Positions 13,619 to 26,281 of a stretch of DNA of 64,000 bases are shown in pieces. The first letter of the stretch is position 1. Every line of letters starts with the position of its first letter. Under the pieces are notes generated by a model. It made no database searches and had not been told where the DNA came from. It worked only from the letters and a program-made list of their open reading frames with translations. This DNA comes from Cercozoa sp. M6MM (taxonomy: Eukaryota > Protista > Endomyxa: Ascetosporea): NCBI GenBank assembly GCA_040357565.1, contig JBDODJ010000007.1; one strand, written 5' to 3'. Made by a program: the position numbers and the translations under genes.

Positions 13619-16323
13619 TGTGTGTGTGCGTGTGTGTGTGTGCGTGTGTGTGTGTTGTTGTTGTTGTTGTTGTTGTTGTTGCTGTTATTGTTGCGTGTAG
13701 ACCTCGATTGCACGCAAGCTTTCCCGTTACCTGGTACAACAAGTTGTCGAGTAAGCTAGAGTTGTGTAGTACTGTGGCTACGTGTGAGTTCCTGTCGTAT
13801 TAGACCTGGCGGGGACTGGCAACACGAGTCTTCAATATCGGCAACTATCGGCGCAAGATCTGTATCCGCTGGTTCTCGTGAGACACTGTGGTGTGGCCTC
13901 ATGCCTTGGCACTGCACAGGTGGTGCCGTGCAACCGGCGAGTTTCTTCGACCCCGACAACGAGGAAGGCGTGACGCAGCGACGTCTCTGTGCTGCCGCGT
14001 GCCTCAAGGACATGGCACAATGGCTGGCCTGGTCGGTAGTTTCGTTGTGCGTGTGTGCCTGTACCCTGTACTCAGGTGCGCCTGTCTGTTTGAGCAGAAG
14101 GAGGCGCGTGTTGCCATCTATGACGGCACTAACAGCACTCACGATCGCCGCGACTTTGTGCGACAGCAGCTGCGCCGTCTGGAAGAGTCGGTACCTTCTC
14201 TGTCCTTATCATGTTTATACAGGCCACATGTGTGTTTATGCACAGCAAGAAGGCCCCGACCGTGTGCGCTTCGAGATCATGTGGATCGAGTCGGTGTGTC
14301 ATGACCAGTCCATCATCGAGCAGACCATTCGCATGACCAAGCTGCACTCGCCTGATTGTACCCACACATACACACACGCACAGATGCACACACATATACC
14401 TTGGATAGACAAGGGCATGGACCCCGCGGAAGCTGTCGCTGACTTCCGCCGTCGCATCGCAAATTACGAAAAAGCCTATCAGACCCTGGGACCTGCCGAT
14501 GCCAGTGCGTTCACTGTACTCACTGCGGATATAAATTTACAAGTGTATATATAATAATAATAATACAGTTATATAGTTCTGTAGATAGTAAATGCTCTCT
14601 GTTCGTATGCCATGTGCTTGTCTCTCGCAGAGGACTCCTACATCAAGCTGATCGACGTCGGCACCCAGATCCATACCAAGTACTCTCTCAGATGCCCTTG
14701 GTGTGTGCAACAGTACAGTGACAAACCTCTCTCCTTGTGTGCGTGTAGTCGCGTGCGCGGCTGGCTGCAGCTGCAGATCCAGACCTTCTTGTCATCGGTG
14801 TCGGTGACCACGGTGCCGATTTTCCTGACGCGGCACGGCGAGTCTCTCTTCAACGTGGAGGGTCGCATCGGAGGCGACTCGTCGCTGTCGCCGCGTGGTC
14901 AGCGCTACGCGCGGAAGCTCGGTCTATGGATGTCGCAGCAACCCGAGGCGGCTGACCCTGACGAGATCACGGTATGACAGGTGCGCACTCAGTGAAAGAC
15001 TGAGTGATGGACGGTGAGGGTGTGCTGACTCACGGTGAGACTATGTGGACTGACGGTGTAGGTCTGGTGCAGCACACTGCGTCGTACACTGCAGACAGCG
15101 ACGCCCTTATCGCGGCTGTCCTCTCGTCCAGTGGTGCGTTGGCGCACGCTGTCCGAGATCGATGCCGGCGTGTGCGACGGCCTCACCTACGAGCAGGTGC
15201 AGCAGCAGATGCCCGACGAGGTACACCTGCCTGTCTGACCCTGCACTTCCGGTTCGTGTATGTCTTTGAGCGTGTGCAGTGGGAAGCGCGCGCCGAGAAC
15301 AAGCTCGAGTACAGGTACCCATCGGGCGAGTCATACACCGACCTGATTGACCGTCTGACACCAGGTACTGCCCCGGTAGTGTTCATACATACACGCTCAC
15401 ACCTGACCCAACGTGACCGTCGGTCCTCTCAATAGTGACACTCGAACTGGAGCGTGCACGTGGCCCGATCGTCGTGGTCGCACACCGTGCCATTCTGCGC
15501 TGTCTCTACGCCTGTACCCTGCCCCGACAGATTTGCACGTGGCATCATCTGTGACCACGTGTGTCTACCTTGAGTATGTGTGGCAGACTTCACCGGCAGA
15601 GACCGTTCGGAAGTTCCGCATCTGCCGATCCCACTGCACACGTGTATCAAGCTCACTGCGCGTACCTACCAGACGCTGGAGGAACGTTTCCACTTCGACG
15701 TGGATGCTGCTCTCGACTCGGACCCGCAGCTGTGGTACCCTCGTCTGCCCCGTGTTTCGTCTGCCTGTGTGTGTTAATGCGTATCAATGTACAGCGACAG
15801 CAACGAACTCGTCAAGGATGTCCGTCGCTTTCTCGTGAACCCAGTGACACCTGCCGGCACGCCCACTGTGTATGTCCACTGTGTACGCATTTTTGGTATT
15901 GCCTTGTGGAGTCCTCATCTTATGCGATGCCTTTGACAGGTCTGATGTTGAAGAGGACATGCTGGTAACGCTGCTTGCTTTGTTTGGTGCCGCTGTCTTC
16001 AGTGTATTCACTGTGTGATTGTGAGTGCAGATATGGGACGATTCGGACAACATTGTTTCCGACTTGTCTCAACCACCTATCATGCGGTATCGGATCTGTA
16101 TTACTGGCGCTTTCCCTGTTAGGTGGTTGAGATTCCATATACACGCGGTTTTTGCATGTGCAGCGTGTCGTCCAAACCTTCGGGCGCACGCGATGACCTT
16201 TCTGTTCCTGTCAGCGTACAACGCAGTACGAGCGATCAGCACAGAAGGAGCACCAGTACTGACCTGCTTCCGCTCAAGCGTGCTGCCTCGGCGGCCGGCG
16301 CTTTGTCGCTTCAGGACCTCTGA
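13175..16323 (+). CDS. PFKFB: Bifunctional 6-phosphofructo-2-kinase/fructose-2,6-bisphosphatase
   Basis: Kinase P-loop CMVGLPARGK, AIYDGTNST, WIESVC, DFRRRIANYEKAY; phosphatase FLTRHGES, LSEIDAGVCDGLTYE, YRYPSGESYTDL, VAHRAILRCL; Ser-rich C-terminal tail ending LSLQDL*. Start approximate. Confidence 0.93.
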
Positions 16324-17641
16324 TGTGACGTGTCTGCTTTGCACGGCGCATGCGATGTGTCCGTGACACGGCAGCGCAGCTTGGCTGGGACTGCGACGCA
16401 ACCAAACGCAACACTTTACGGACAGCCTCGCCTGAAGCCAGTCCCAAAACTGAATCAACTGGCTCGCGCTGGGCTCGGCTGATCTAGTTGCTTAATTAAA
16501 ATTGTTGTAGCATCGCGCCATCGTATGTGATTCGAATCAATTCAATTTTGATGATTCAGTTCGATATCCGGTAAATTGCGATCGCGATCGACGGCTGCTA
16601 ATTTTTCTCAGTCAACTTCCTACAGACGAAATCAAACTGTGAAAATGACACCTAAACTGCCAGCGACAGCAGCCAAGCCGAAATTACTCTGTTTTCGAGC
16701 CTTGTTGATTGGAGCAGTAAACTTGCAGACAACGTTCCAAACGTTGAGCTGCTTCTCGGACCTTCCGGGACTCTTTACTTGCCCCGTTTGCTCTGAGGTT
16801 TGAAATAACCACCAAGTCTTTCACACCTGCACAGAGGGCAAATAGGCACATCATCCATGCAAGCACCGCGTGCAGATTCCAAAGCCAAGTTTACACGGGA
16901 GGGTTTCGCACTGCTGAATTGACATTTGGGGAAGAAGGGTCGGATCAGAGAGAATTAATGGGGAGGCGAACGACTAGTTGCCTGCAATGAGCAACCAATA
17001 AAAAGTGAAGACATAATTACGACCGGACCCCTGGTCAGCACGTGCGCTACCAACTGAGTATCGACCGTAGATTCAAGAGTTTCAGTTCGTCTGCTTCTCT
17101 TTGTCTGAGCGCGACTGGGATGCGCTATGCGCGAGAAACCACAAAGAATGCGATGAGAAACTGACAACTTCCGACCGACTAATACCTTCGGGGTTTTTCA
17201 GAATTCAAGCTCGTTTCGATTCGAAAAACTCGGTCGTTTAGTTTGCCCTCTCAGGAGCCATCAAGGTCTGGAATCTAGCTGTCTGTAGGAGGTCAAGAAG
17301 GCTTAGAGCACCCGTAGATAGTAGGAGCTGCGATTGTGTTTGCAACGAGCTTTAAATTAGTAGCATGAACCGGTCAGCCGGGTCACAAAGATAGGGCTAC
17401 TAAAATAGAAGCTGTCTAGGAGAAGAGAAATACAAGAATACAAAAAACACTGATGAACAACCTAGTTCATCGGTCTGTTTGCGGGCACGCCAGTAATAAT
17501 CAAGTGAGTGGCGGGGCACGCCATCAGCCTTGCTTACACGCATTCACACTGACAGTTGCACGCACCCACTGGGCCACACAACTCGGCAATCGGCTTTCAC
17601 TCTTCAAGTCTTGGAGTTTGACAAACTTAGGTCATCGCGGC

Positions 17642-18317
17642 ATGGAGCTCCTCTTGTCTTTGCTGCTTGGTATCGATTAATGTAAATGCCGGCAAGCAGT
17701 TTCTTTTAAGTTCGACAGTGTAGTTTGTGCCGTCTCTGCGTCGGGGACGAGCACAAGCGCGACGCCTGCAGCACGACCCTTGCAGCCGGCCGAGATATCT
17801 GCTGGAGATAGGGCACTCATTGACAACGGGTATCAATCACCAACTGGAAATTGAGCTTTAACTAAATCGGCATCATTCAGTTCGCATTTTACTGCACCTC
17901 CTGCAGAGCAAAAATGTGGCGAGGAGACAACGCGCAGTGGGTCGTTTCGGGCGACTTGCTGAATGCCTTGCAAACGGCCAACATGACGCCTGAAGAGTTA
18001 GATCGAACTCCTGAGCTCATCCGTGCTGCCTGCTCCGGCAAGACTGGCAAGGACCAGAAGTTGTGCTTCCTGACAGGAGTCACTGAGGTAGCACTCCGCA
18101 TGCCTCAGATGTTGGCTGCACTCGAAGTCACCGAGAAGCGCGAGTACAACTTGATTTCAATCACCTCTCTGGAGTTGCCTCTAGTGAAAGTAGTCTACAC
18201 AATTGCTGCCCCTCAGAGAGCTTCGCAAACAGGGCGTTTCGGAGCGCCTGCGTGCCCTCTTGCAGAACAAGCAGAGTCGCGACGTTTTGGTGCACCCTTC
18301 TCTGAGCCTGTGCTGTG

Positions 18318-18371
<54 letters not shown>

Positions 18372-18381
18372 NNNNNNNNNN

Positions 18382-18459
<78 letters not shown>

Positions 18460-20000
18460 TGTTTCAATATTGTCCAGATGCGTGCCTTCCAACTGGCTTT
18501 CGACAACCAGAATGCCCAGAAGGAGAAGCGCGTCATGCCACTCGCATACAGCGCCGATCGCGACGGTCAGAGATACCGTTACCAACCCGCGAAAGGTAGC
18601 CACCAGTGCGGCCAGTACGGCTGCTGTCAGTACTGCTGTGAGCAGTGCGACAGTTGCGACTCGTGTGCCTGGTGACTCGAGTGTCCATTCACTTCTCGGT
18701 GTAATTTTTATACTCGGTTCACTTCAATGCAGCTGTGATGACGACTGCTGCTGGACCAGCTGCGACAGCGACGACTTGTGTGTCGACCCGTGTGGTAAAC
18801 CTGCATACTCTCCCCTCAACTGTCGTATCATTTACGTTGACTTAAATTTGCTGTTTCCTGTCAGACCCGTGCAACCCTGTCGCTTCAATGATCGGTACAC
18901 CACTGTGTCAGCTTTTCAATTAAGCACTCGTAATCGCTTGTGAACAGAGTTCATGATGCAACGTCTCGGTTCGAACATCAAGTCGCAGGTGAATTTATAT
19001 TTTGTGCATGTCGAACATGCGTGCGTATCTGTACTGCCATTGGCAGGACTGGAAGCAAGCCTGGCTCGATTTTCTCAACTGCAACGACGCTGATGACTGC
19101 GGCGAACCGTGCTACCCTCAGCAAGAGCCATCCTACCAGCAGCAGCCTTCATACCCTCAGCAGCAACCATCCTACCACCAAGAGCCGTCCTACCAGCAGC
19201 AGAAGCAGTCGTACCAACCTGCCGACAAGAGCGAGTACATTGAAGATATCTCCGCTGTAAATTAGTGTTTACGAAACGCTTTTGTGTTAGATCAAAGTGC
19301 GTCCAGGACTGCAGGGTCTCCTGCGGCAAGGATACCGGCTGCACAGGACAGTAAGCAGACCACAGCAGTTCCCTTTTTGGCCAACAATACATCCCATCCA
19401 TCATTTGCTATAGGTGCCAGGCATCTTGCAAGCCCTCGTGTCAGCAGGCTCCCTACCACTCAGGTGGCTGCAACACTGGCTACAACAATGCTCCATGCCA
19501 CAACGTGTGCGCACCCAACGTCAACTACTAGTATGTTGTTGTTTTGGCTTGTGCACGAAGAAAACTACTACTCGTCTATCGCCATGCTTGTGGCAGCAAA
19601 GTGACCAACAACTGGTGCAACAACGGCAACTGCGTGGACTGGGGCCAGAAACAGACTTGCACTCAAGTGCCACCTGCTCCGTGCAAGTACGGCTGCGGAT
19701 ACGGTTAGTTTCCTCCCGTCGTAATTCTTGCATACTCGCAACGGCACCCACAACTCCTGTAGATTACACCTACGCTCCCACTGTGACGACTACCTACTAT
19801 GCTCCCACTGTGACGACCTACTACGTTCCTGCTCCTGCTCCTGCTGTGACCACGTACGTGGCACCGACTTACTACTACGGCAACAACTACTACACGTATT
19901 AAGTTTATGTCAACAAATGCCACACCCCATCTTCAGTGTCATATGTCTCAAACGTCATCGTAGTCCCCCCAAACACTGCGGCAACTACTACTGGTACTAA
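17642..20000 (+). CDS. Secreted Cys-, Gln/Pro/Tyr- and Thr-rich protein with a MANF-like N-terminal region
   Basis: Signal peptide MELLLSLLL|VCAVSA; in-frame spliced exons give CGQYGCCQYCCEQCDSCDSC, PSYQQQ repeats, KCVQDCRVSCGKDTGCTGQCQASCKPSC and YAPTVTTTYYAPT, ending PPKHCGNYYWY*. Confidence 0.75.
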
Positions 20001-20312
20001 AACGCCTTGCACAGTGAGTCTCTCTGACAGCACGAGCCAAGTGACGCTAACGCCCAGGCTGAGGTTGCTTTTTCAGCTTGCTCACTCGCGATGCGATGAT
20101 GATAAATTAATGTCTCGTCTACGCTAGCGTACGCTAGGTCTAAATTTCATATGCGATCGGAGTCATCCTCGGCGCGTTAGTCGGTCGGGTTCGGTTGAGT
20201 CTAGATCTGAAAAGTTAGAAACCATATAGACGAGAGTGTCGGCGCGGTTTCGAATTCGGTTTCAGTTGCACGGCATTCCGATTCATTCAAGAGAGCGCTG
20301 CATACGTCATCA

Positions 20313-23300
20313 TTACAGCTCGTCGTCGAGACGGCGGTAGCCTGTACCCGAAGCAGCAGCACCGAGCATACCGTCATCCTCCTCGGCCACAAGCTACACG
20401 CACAGAGACGTTTGCCGAATAGCAGATGAACCCTCCAGCCCTACCAAGCAAAAAGTACCGGAGCCTCGTCGAGCGAGACGACGGCGGCGCGGCGCTTGGC
20501 ACGCGTGACCATGAAGTAGACCATGCCAGCGAGAGCCACGACACCCACGAGCACGCCGAGTGCAATGAAGAACTGCTGCACGCCCGTGGGGCCATCGTTC
20601 TTGTCATCGTCATCGTCGTCGTCGTCGTCCCCGTCGCTCGGCAGCTTGCCCGGCGTGAACGACGTCGACAGGAATACGATCTCGTCGACCTGGCCCGTTC
20701 CACCTGCACGCACACATTCATATGGATATGCATATATGTATATATAACTGTAGATACTATGTATATATATATATAAACAGAGAGGGTACACTGCGGGTCC
20801 TTGACGTCGACCTTGGTGAAGTGCGAGCGCGGGTACATCGGGCAGCCCTCGTGCGCGTTGAACGAGATCGCCAGGCGGCGGTCCTCGCGATCGTCACCGG
20901 TCTTGTCGATGCTCCACGTTACACACACGTCCTGGTACCGACTGCGTGCACGAGAACAGACAGGGAGGTAGGAGAGAACACAGCAAGCACACAGGAACGG
21001 ATACGAAAGGTAAGCAAGTGGTACCTGGCAAAGGCCACCACATCGTCGCCCTCGGGACCGCCCGTAGGCACCATAAGCATCATGTGGTTAAAGTGCGCCT
21101 CCTCAGCTTCGTGCACGTCGCTCAGCGGCACCTTGACGTGCGCCGGCACCGGCGAGGATGGACCCTACGTTTACACACACAAGCAAGCGTCAGTAGGCCC
21201 CAAAGAACAGAGAGACGAAAGCCACATCGAGCGTCAGGTGCGGCGTCGACGTCACAGCTGGAGCCGTCTCGAAACGCATCGTATAGGGGCCCATGGAGGC
21301 ACACGCATGCTTGCCAGCAAAGTAGTACTCGCCTATTATATACACACATAAACACATCATATGTGTATAGATACACAGATGCGAACAACGCGGTGTACCC
21401 TTCCAAGTGCCGAAAAGTTCATTGAGCAGGTCCTTGTTGTTCGGCGCCGGCGAAGCGTACTTGTTCGGCAGCACCTCATAGTTGCAGTCATACTCTACAC
21501 ATACACGCAAACATACACACAAACACAACCCCCACAGACAGATACAGACACACACTCAGCAAAGAGTATGCCGATAGGAGACAAGCAGTACCAGTGCCCT
21601 GGCACAGCGGGTTGAGCTCCTCGATGTACTGCGACGACGAGCGCAGGTCGCTCTTGCTGCTGCGGCACTCGGCCGGCATGCAGAAGCCCATCTGTCCTCG
21701 CATACACCCTCATATACACCTGCATGCACCCCCCACACACACGCACACACACGCACATGCACGAGATAGACAGGAGGCACCTCACGCAGCTTGGGCGGCG
21801 CATCGTCGCCGGCGCCCTTGGGCACGGCATTGACGCTGAGCGCCCACATCTCAAAGCCGTTACGGCACTGCCCAGGCAACAACAACACACACACGGATAC
21901 AGATAAGCAAGGTTGCAAGTAGGGCGCGGGGGGGGGGACTACCTCGGTGTAGTAGTTGCCGACACCGTCCGAGCAGCGCAGTTCGTCGGCACCGTCGGCG
22001 AGACACTTCTTCTGCGTGCGGTCAAAGTACATCTCCTCGCTCGTCTGTACAAATGCACACACACACACACACAAACGTAAACAAACACACAAACATATAC
22101 ATAAACATATATACATATACATATATATATATATATATAAATACACAGGGACATAGTGCACCTTGAGGTCGGCATTGTTGCGCATCTTGCCAAACGCGGC
22201 GTCGCACTTGTCACTCACCTGCTTAGGCCGATCATTCAGCGGCGACAACAGTCTTACTGCCGCCGTACGTCCGTACACCTACACACACACCATACATATT
22301 TAATGTGGCAAGGGTAGGCAAGGGTAGGCCTACCTGTGGGTGCGTACGCGAGCCGTCAGTCACACGGAGCTGGAAACTACCGGGGGGGGGGGGGTCAAGT
22401 GAATGCATGGGGTGGGTGGGGCAAAATGCTACCGCGGGTACTCAACGTCCAGACGGTCACCGTAGCGACGCGCCCAGTCGAACGGGATCTGCACCGAGAC
22501 GTCCTCGAGGTTGACGCCCTGGTACAGCGGCAGCACCTCGTACGTATCGAGATCGATGATGTCGATACGCAGCACGGGTAGCGCGTCCTTATCGCGCGGC
22601 TTGTCCGCCGTCGTCGTGTCGAAGGTCTCCCACTGCACCTGAACCACGTCGCCCACATGGTACGCGCGCACGTCGCCGCCGTCGTCGCCAATGTTCGGCG
22701 GCTGCACGAAAACCACTGTGGCGTTGAAGCGCGGCTCCGGCGCCGGCGTCAGAGCGCCGTCCGGCACGCGGCAGTCGTCTGGGTCCTGTCGCATGGGAAG
22801 GGGTATCATACGGGACACCAGGGTAACACACACAGGGGGTGGTGTGGGGGCAGGTACATCAGGGTTGTCACACAGCAGGCAGTGCTTGATGACCGAGACG
22901 ACGCCGCCGTCCTGCGTGACAGCAGCGGCGTGCAGGCCGTGCAGCGAGTGGTCACGGTAGTCGTCGTCCAGAGGCCAGTAGGCCGCCAGGTCCGTCGGTT
23001 TCATCAGGTCGTAGCGCAGCGAGTGGTGCATGCCGGCGCGGATCTTCTCGTGCGTGCGCGCGCTGTCGTACACGCGCACCTCGCTGAGGGCCGCCGACTG
23101 CAGGAAGCGCTGCGGCTGGAACACGTCACCCGACCCTGCGCGGCGCTGCGACAGACAGCCCAGGTTGACGCGCTTGTCCGACAGTGCACTGAGCTGCTTG
23201 ATGTCGCCAATGTACTTCTCGTGCGTGCCGTGCAGCTCGCCGTTGATGTAGAGTCGCAGCTGCGCCGGCTGGTTCGACTGCGACACGTACGAGAATGTTG

Positions 23301-26238
23301 CCGCCACGTGGAACCACTCGTCGGCGCCCTGCGGCAGCTTGCGCAGCTCCGAGAAACGCTTGTCCGACATGACGTCCACGTCGCCTTCCTCACCGGCAAC
23401 GTAGCTGCACACACACAGACACCTCATATACTTATGTGTGTGCACGCCCACCCATTCTTTATTGACTCCGTACAGGTGCAGCTTGTCGCGGACCGTCGAG
23501 ATGTACCAACCGGCGCGGCTGGAGGCATGCGCACCCACCGTGGCAGCAGCATCCAGGATCACCTGTACCGACGAGACTATCGACAGACAGACACAGGCAA
23601 CAAGGGCAGCGTGGTACCTGCGGTGTGCTCTCCTCCGAGTGCTCGCGGAACAGCACCCAGGCCGTGACCGTGAAGGAGTTGTGCGGCACCTTGCTCGCGT
23701 CGCTGAAGGCCGCCGTCAGACACGAGTCGCCGTTGAACTCAGCGACGCCGTCGTTCGGGAAACCAATGCCGTCCAGTTGCTGTGTGCAGACACATGTCGT
23801 TCAGGGTACACTAGTCCCTGACCCCTCAGGAGAAGACGCACCTCAAGCGGCGGACACATAGTCAGGATGCCGACCATGTCCTTCACGCACGTGATCTTGA
23901 GGTTCGGCTCGTGCTGGGTGATACGGCCCACCTGCACCACACCAATATAACATATACAAAGCCCATAGAGCGCATAGAGCCGACTGAGCCCCACAGGGAG
24001 GTACCAGAGGTCGACCGTCGCCATTGACGACGCTGCAGGACGAGCCGAAGGGCACCTCGACAATCTCGACGTGCACGAACGTGTTGACCGGGATGGCCGG
24101 GAACTCGAAGCGCGCGTCGCTGTTGTCTTGCTTGGTCAGCGTCATGAGCGACTCGTACTCGCCGTCGGCCACGCCGTTACTGATGCGGATGTAGTCCGTC
24201 GACTGGATGGCGTCACCTTCCACCTGTCCGGTACACCCCCAGTCTTCTGTTCCTCTTTGACCCCCTCTACTCCTCACCCTCCCAAGAAACAGCGTACCAC
24301 GCCAGAGATGACGGCCATGCGCACATTCGTCACCGACGTTGCTTCGAACCAGAACTGCACACAGAGAATACCGTACCCGCATCACTATACCCCACCCCCC
24401 AGTACAGTGCTACCTGACTGATGTCAGTCTTGTCCGGGTCGAGACCGCAGAAGAGTCCGTCCGTCGGCTTATTCACCGTGTCCGGGTAGTCGGGACAGGA
24501 GTTGCCACGGAAGGCCGACATGACTGCACGTACACACAGGCAGGTATAGACACACCAACCCAACCCAGGAGAGAGGAGGCTACCCAGCAGACCGTCGACG
24601 ATGCGCCAGGTCATGCAGGCGTTGAGGTCGATGGCCGGGAAGTGCAGGCGCGCGCGGTACACGGTGGGTCCGTCGTAGTGCGGGTCCGTGTGGTCGCGCC
24701 GCGTGACGACGTGCGCGTTGTACACGACGCCTTCGTTGCTGCCCAGCGACGGCGACGACAGCGTCACGGCTGCGCGCGACGCGTCGATCTTCATGGTCTA
24801 CAGCAGCAGTACACACAAGGGTCGCCTCTTACCCACAGAGAGACCTTGCTCTGCCCAGAGACTCGGGGCTCGTACCACATCATTGTCCACGTCCTTGCAG
24901 TCGGCGCCGCCGGGACGCATGTCAAAGTCCTTGAGACTGCCATGCCAGTCGCCGGCCAGCAGGTCCAGCACGGCCATCGTGTTGGGTGTCTCATCAAAGG
25001 CGTGCGCATTGACCTTGTAGCCGCACTCGCTAAACACGTCCTCGGCGTGCGGCGCGTCGTCGGGCGCGTGCACTGCCTTGCAGAACGGGTCCGTCGTCGT
25101 CAGCAGGTGACGGTACTGCGTCACGTCGTGCGCGCTGCGGCACGACCGCGGCAGGCACTCGTACAGCACGCGCTCGTACGTCGTGTCCGTGTTGTCCTTG
25201 TGCACGCTCTGCACCACCACCTTGGCCAGGTTGCCGCCTGTCACCACATGGCAGGTGAGTCACACGACAGGTTAGCTAGGCAGAGGGGAACAGGGGGGAT
25301 GGAAAGCGTACCAGCCTCCTCACACGCCTCGTGGAACGGCTCGATCTCGACGTGGAAGTCGTGCGCACCAACCTTGGCGCCGTCGAAGTTGTTGGGCTGT
25401 CCATACAGACACACATACAGACACACAGACAGACAGGTGCAGGGATATAGCGTAGGACAAGGACAGGAGGGAGGCACCAGGTTGCGCTTCCAGAAGGCAC
25501 TGCGCGGCGTCATCATGGCCGTGGTGGTCATGAGTGCTGTCCAGTCCTTGCGGCACGTCTCACGCACACCGTCCGGCACCTGCGTCGGCAGGCCGCCCGT
25601 CGGCGTACCGTCCTTGTGCTCGGCGTAGACGCGGAAGAAACTGCTCATGCCGAGCACCGGGTGTCGCTTCTGCTTCTCGGTGGCCACCACGTAGAAGCCG
25701 ACGGCAGCAGCGTCGTCGCGCGGCGTAGGCGTCACCTTGTCGGCCGACAGCGTCCAGTAGAAGTCGCCCTTGGCCGAGTGCAGTGCTCCATGGAACTGTC
25801 CCCCACCAATAGTCAGTCACATCAACACACACACAGACACACAGACACACAGACACACAGACACACAGACACACAGACACACACAGAGCCAGGCCAGCGA
25901 GCAGTACCATATCGACCTCCTCGTTGGCAGAGCCCGGCACCACGTCGGCGTTCACCAGCAGGAAACGCACGTACGGCAGCACGAACGGCTCGCCCTTCTT
26001 CGTCACCTGTGCCAGTATGTAGGGGGAGGGGGTAAACAAGAGAGTGCATCGACGACAGGCAGGACTACATCGTAGCGGATGTGCAGGAAGTCTCCAAGCG
26101 CAAGTTCGTTCTTGCCGTTGCTGGGCGGCACCACTTCAAAGTGCACCACGACGTCCGTCAGATCGTCGCCCGGCGTCTGCCCGTCGTCGCCGCCTGCACA
26201 CACAGGAGTACATATGGGTGTTCACACACAGACACACA

Positions 26239-26281
<43 letters not shown>

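Noticed and set aside
16250-16450. SRP-RNA-like words (gtcccagc, ggaagcagg) and crossing 8-bp complementarities
   Set aside because: No proper helix-8 consensus, and part of the region is explained as the last PFKFB coding exon.
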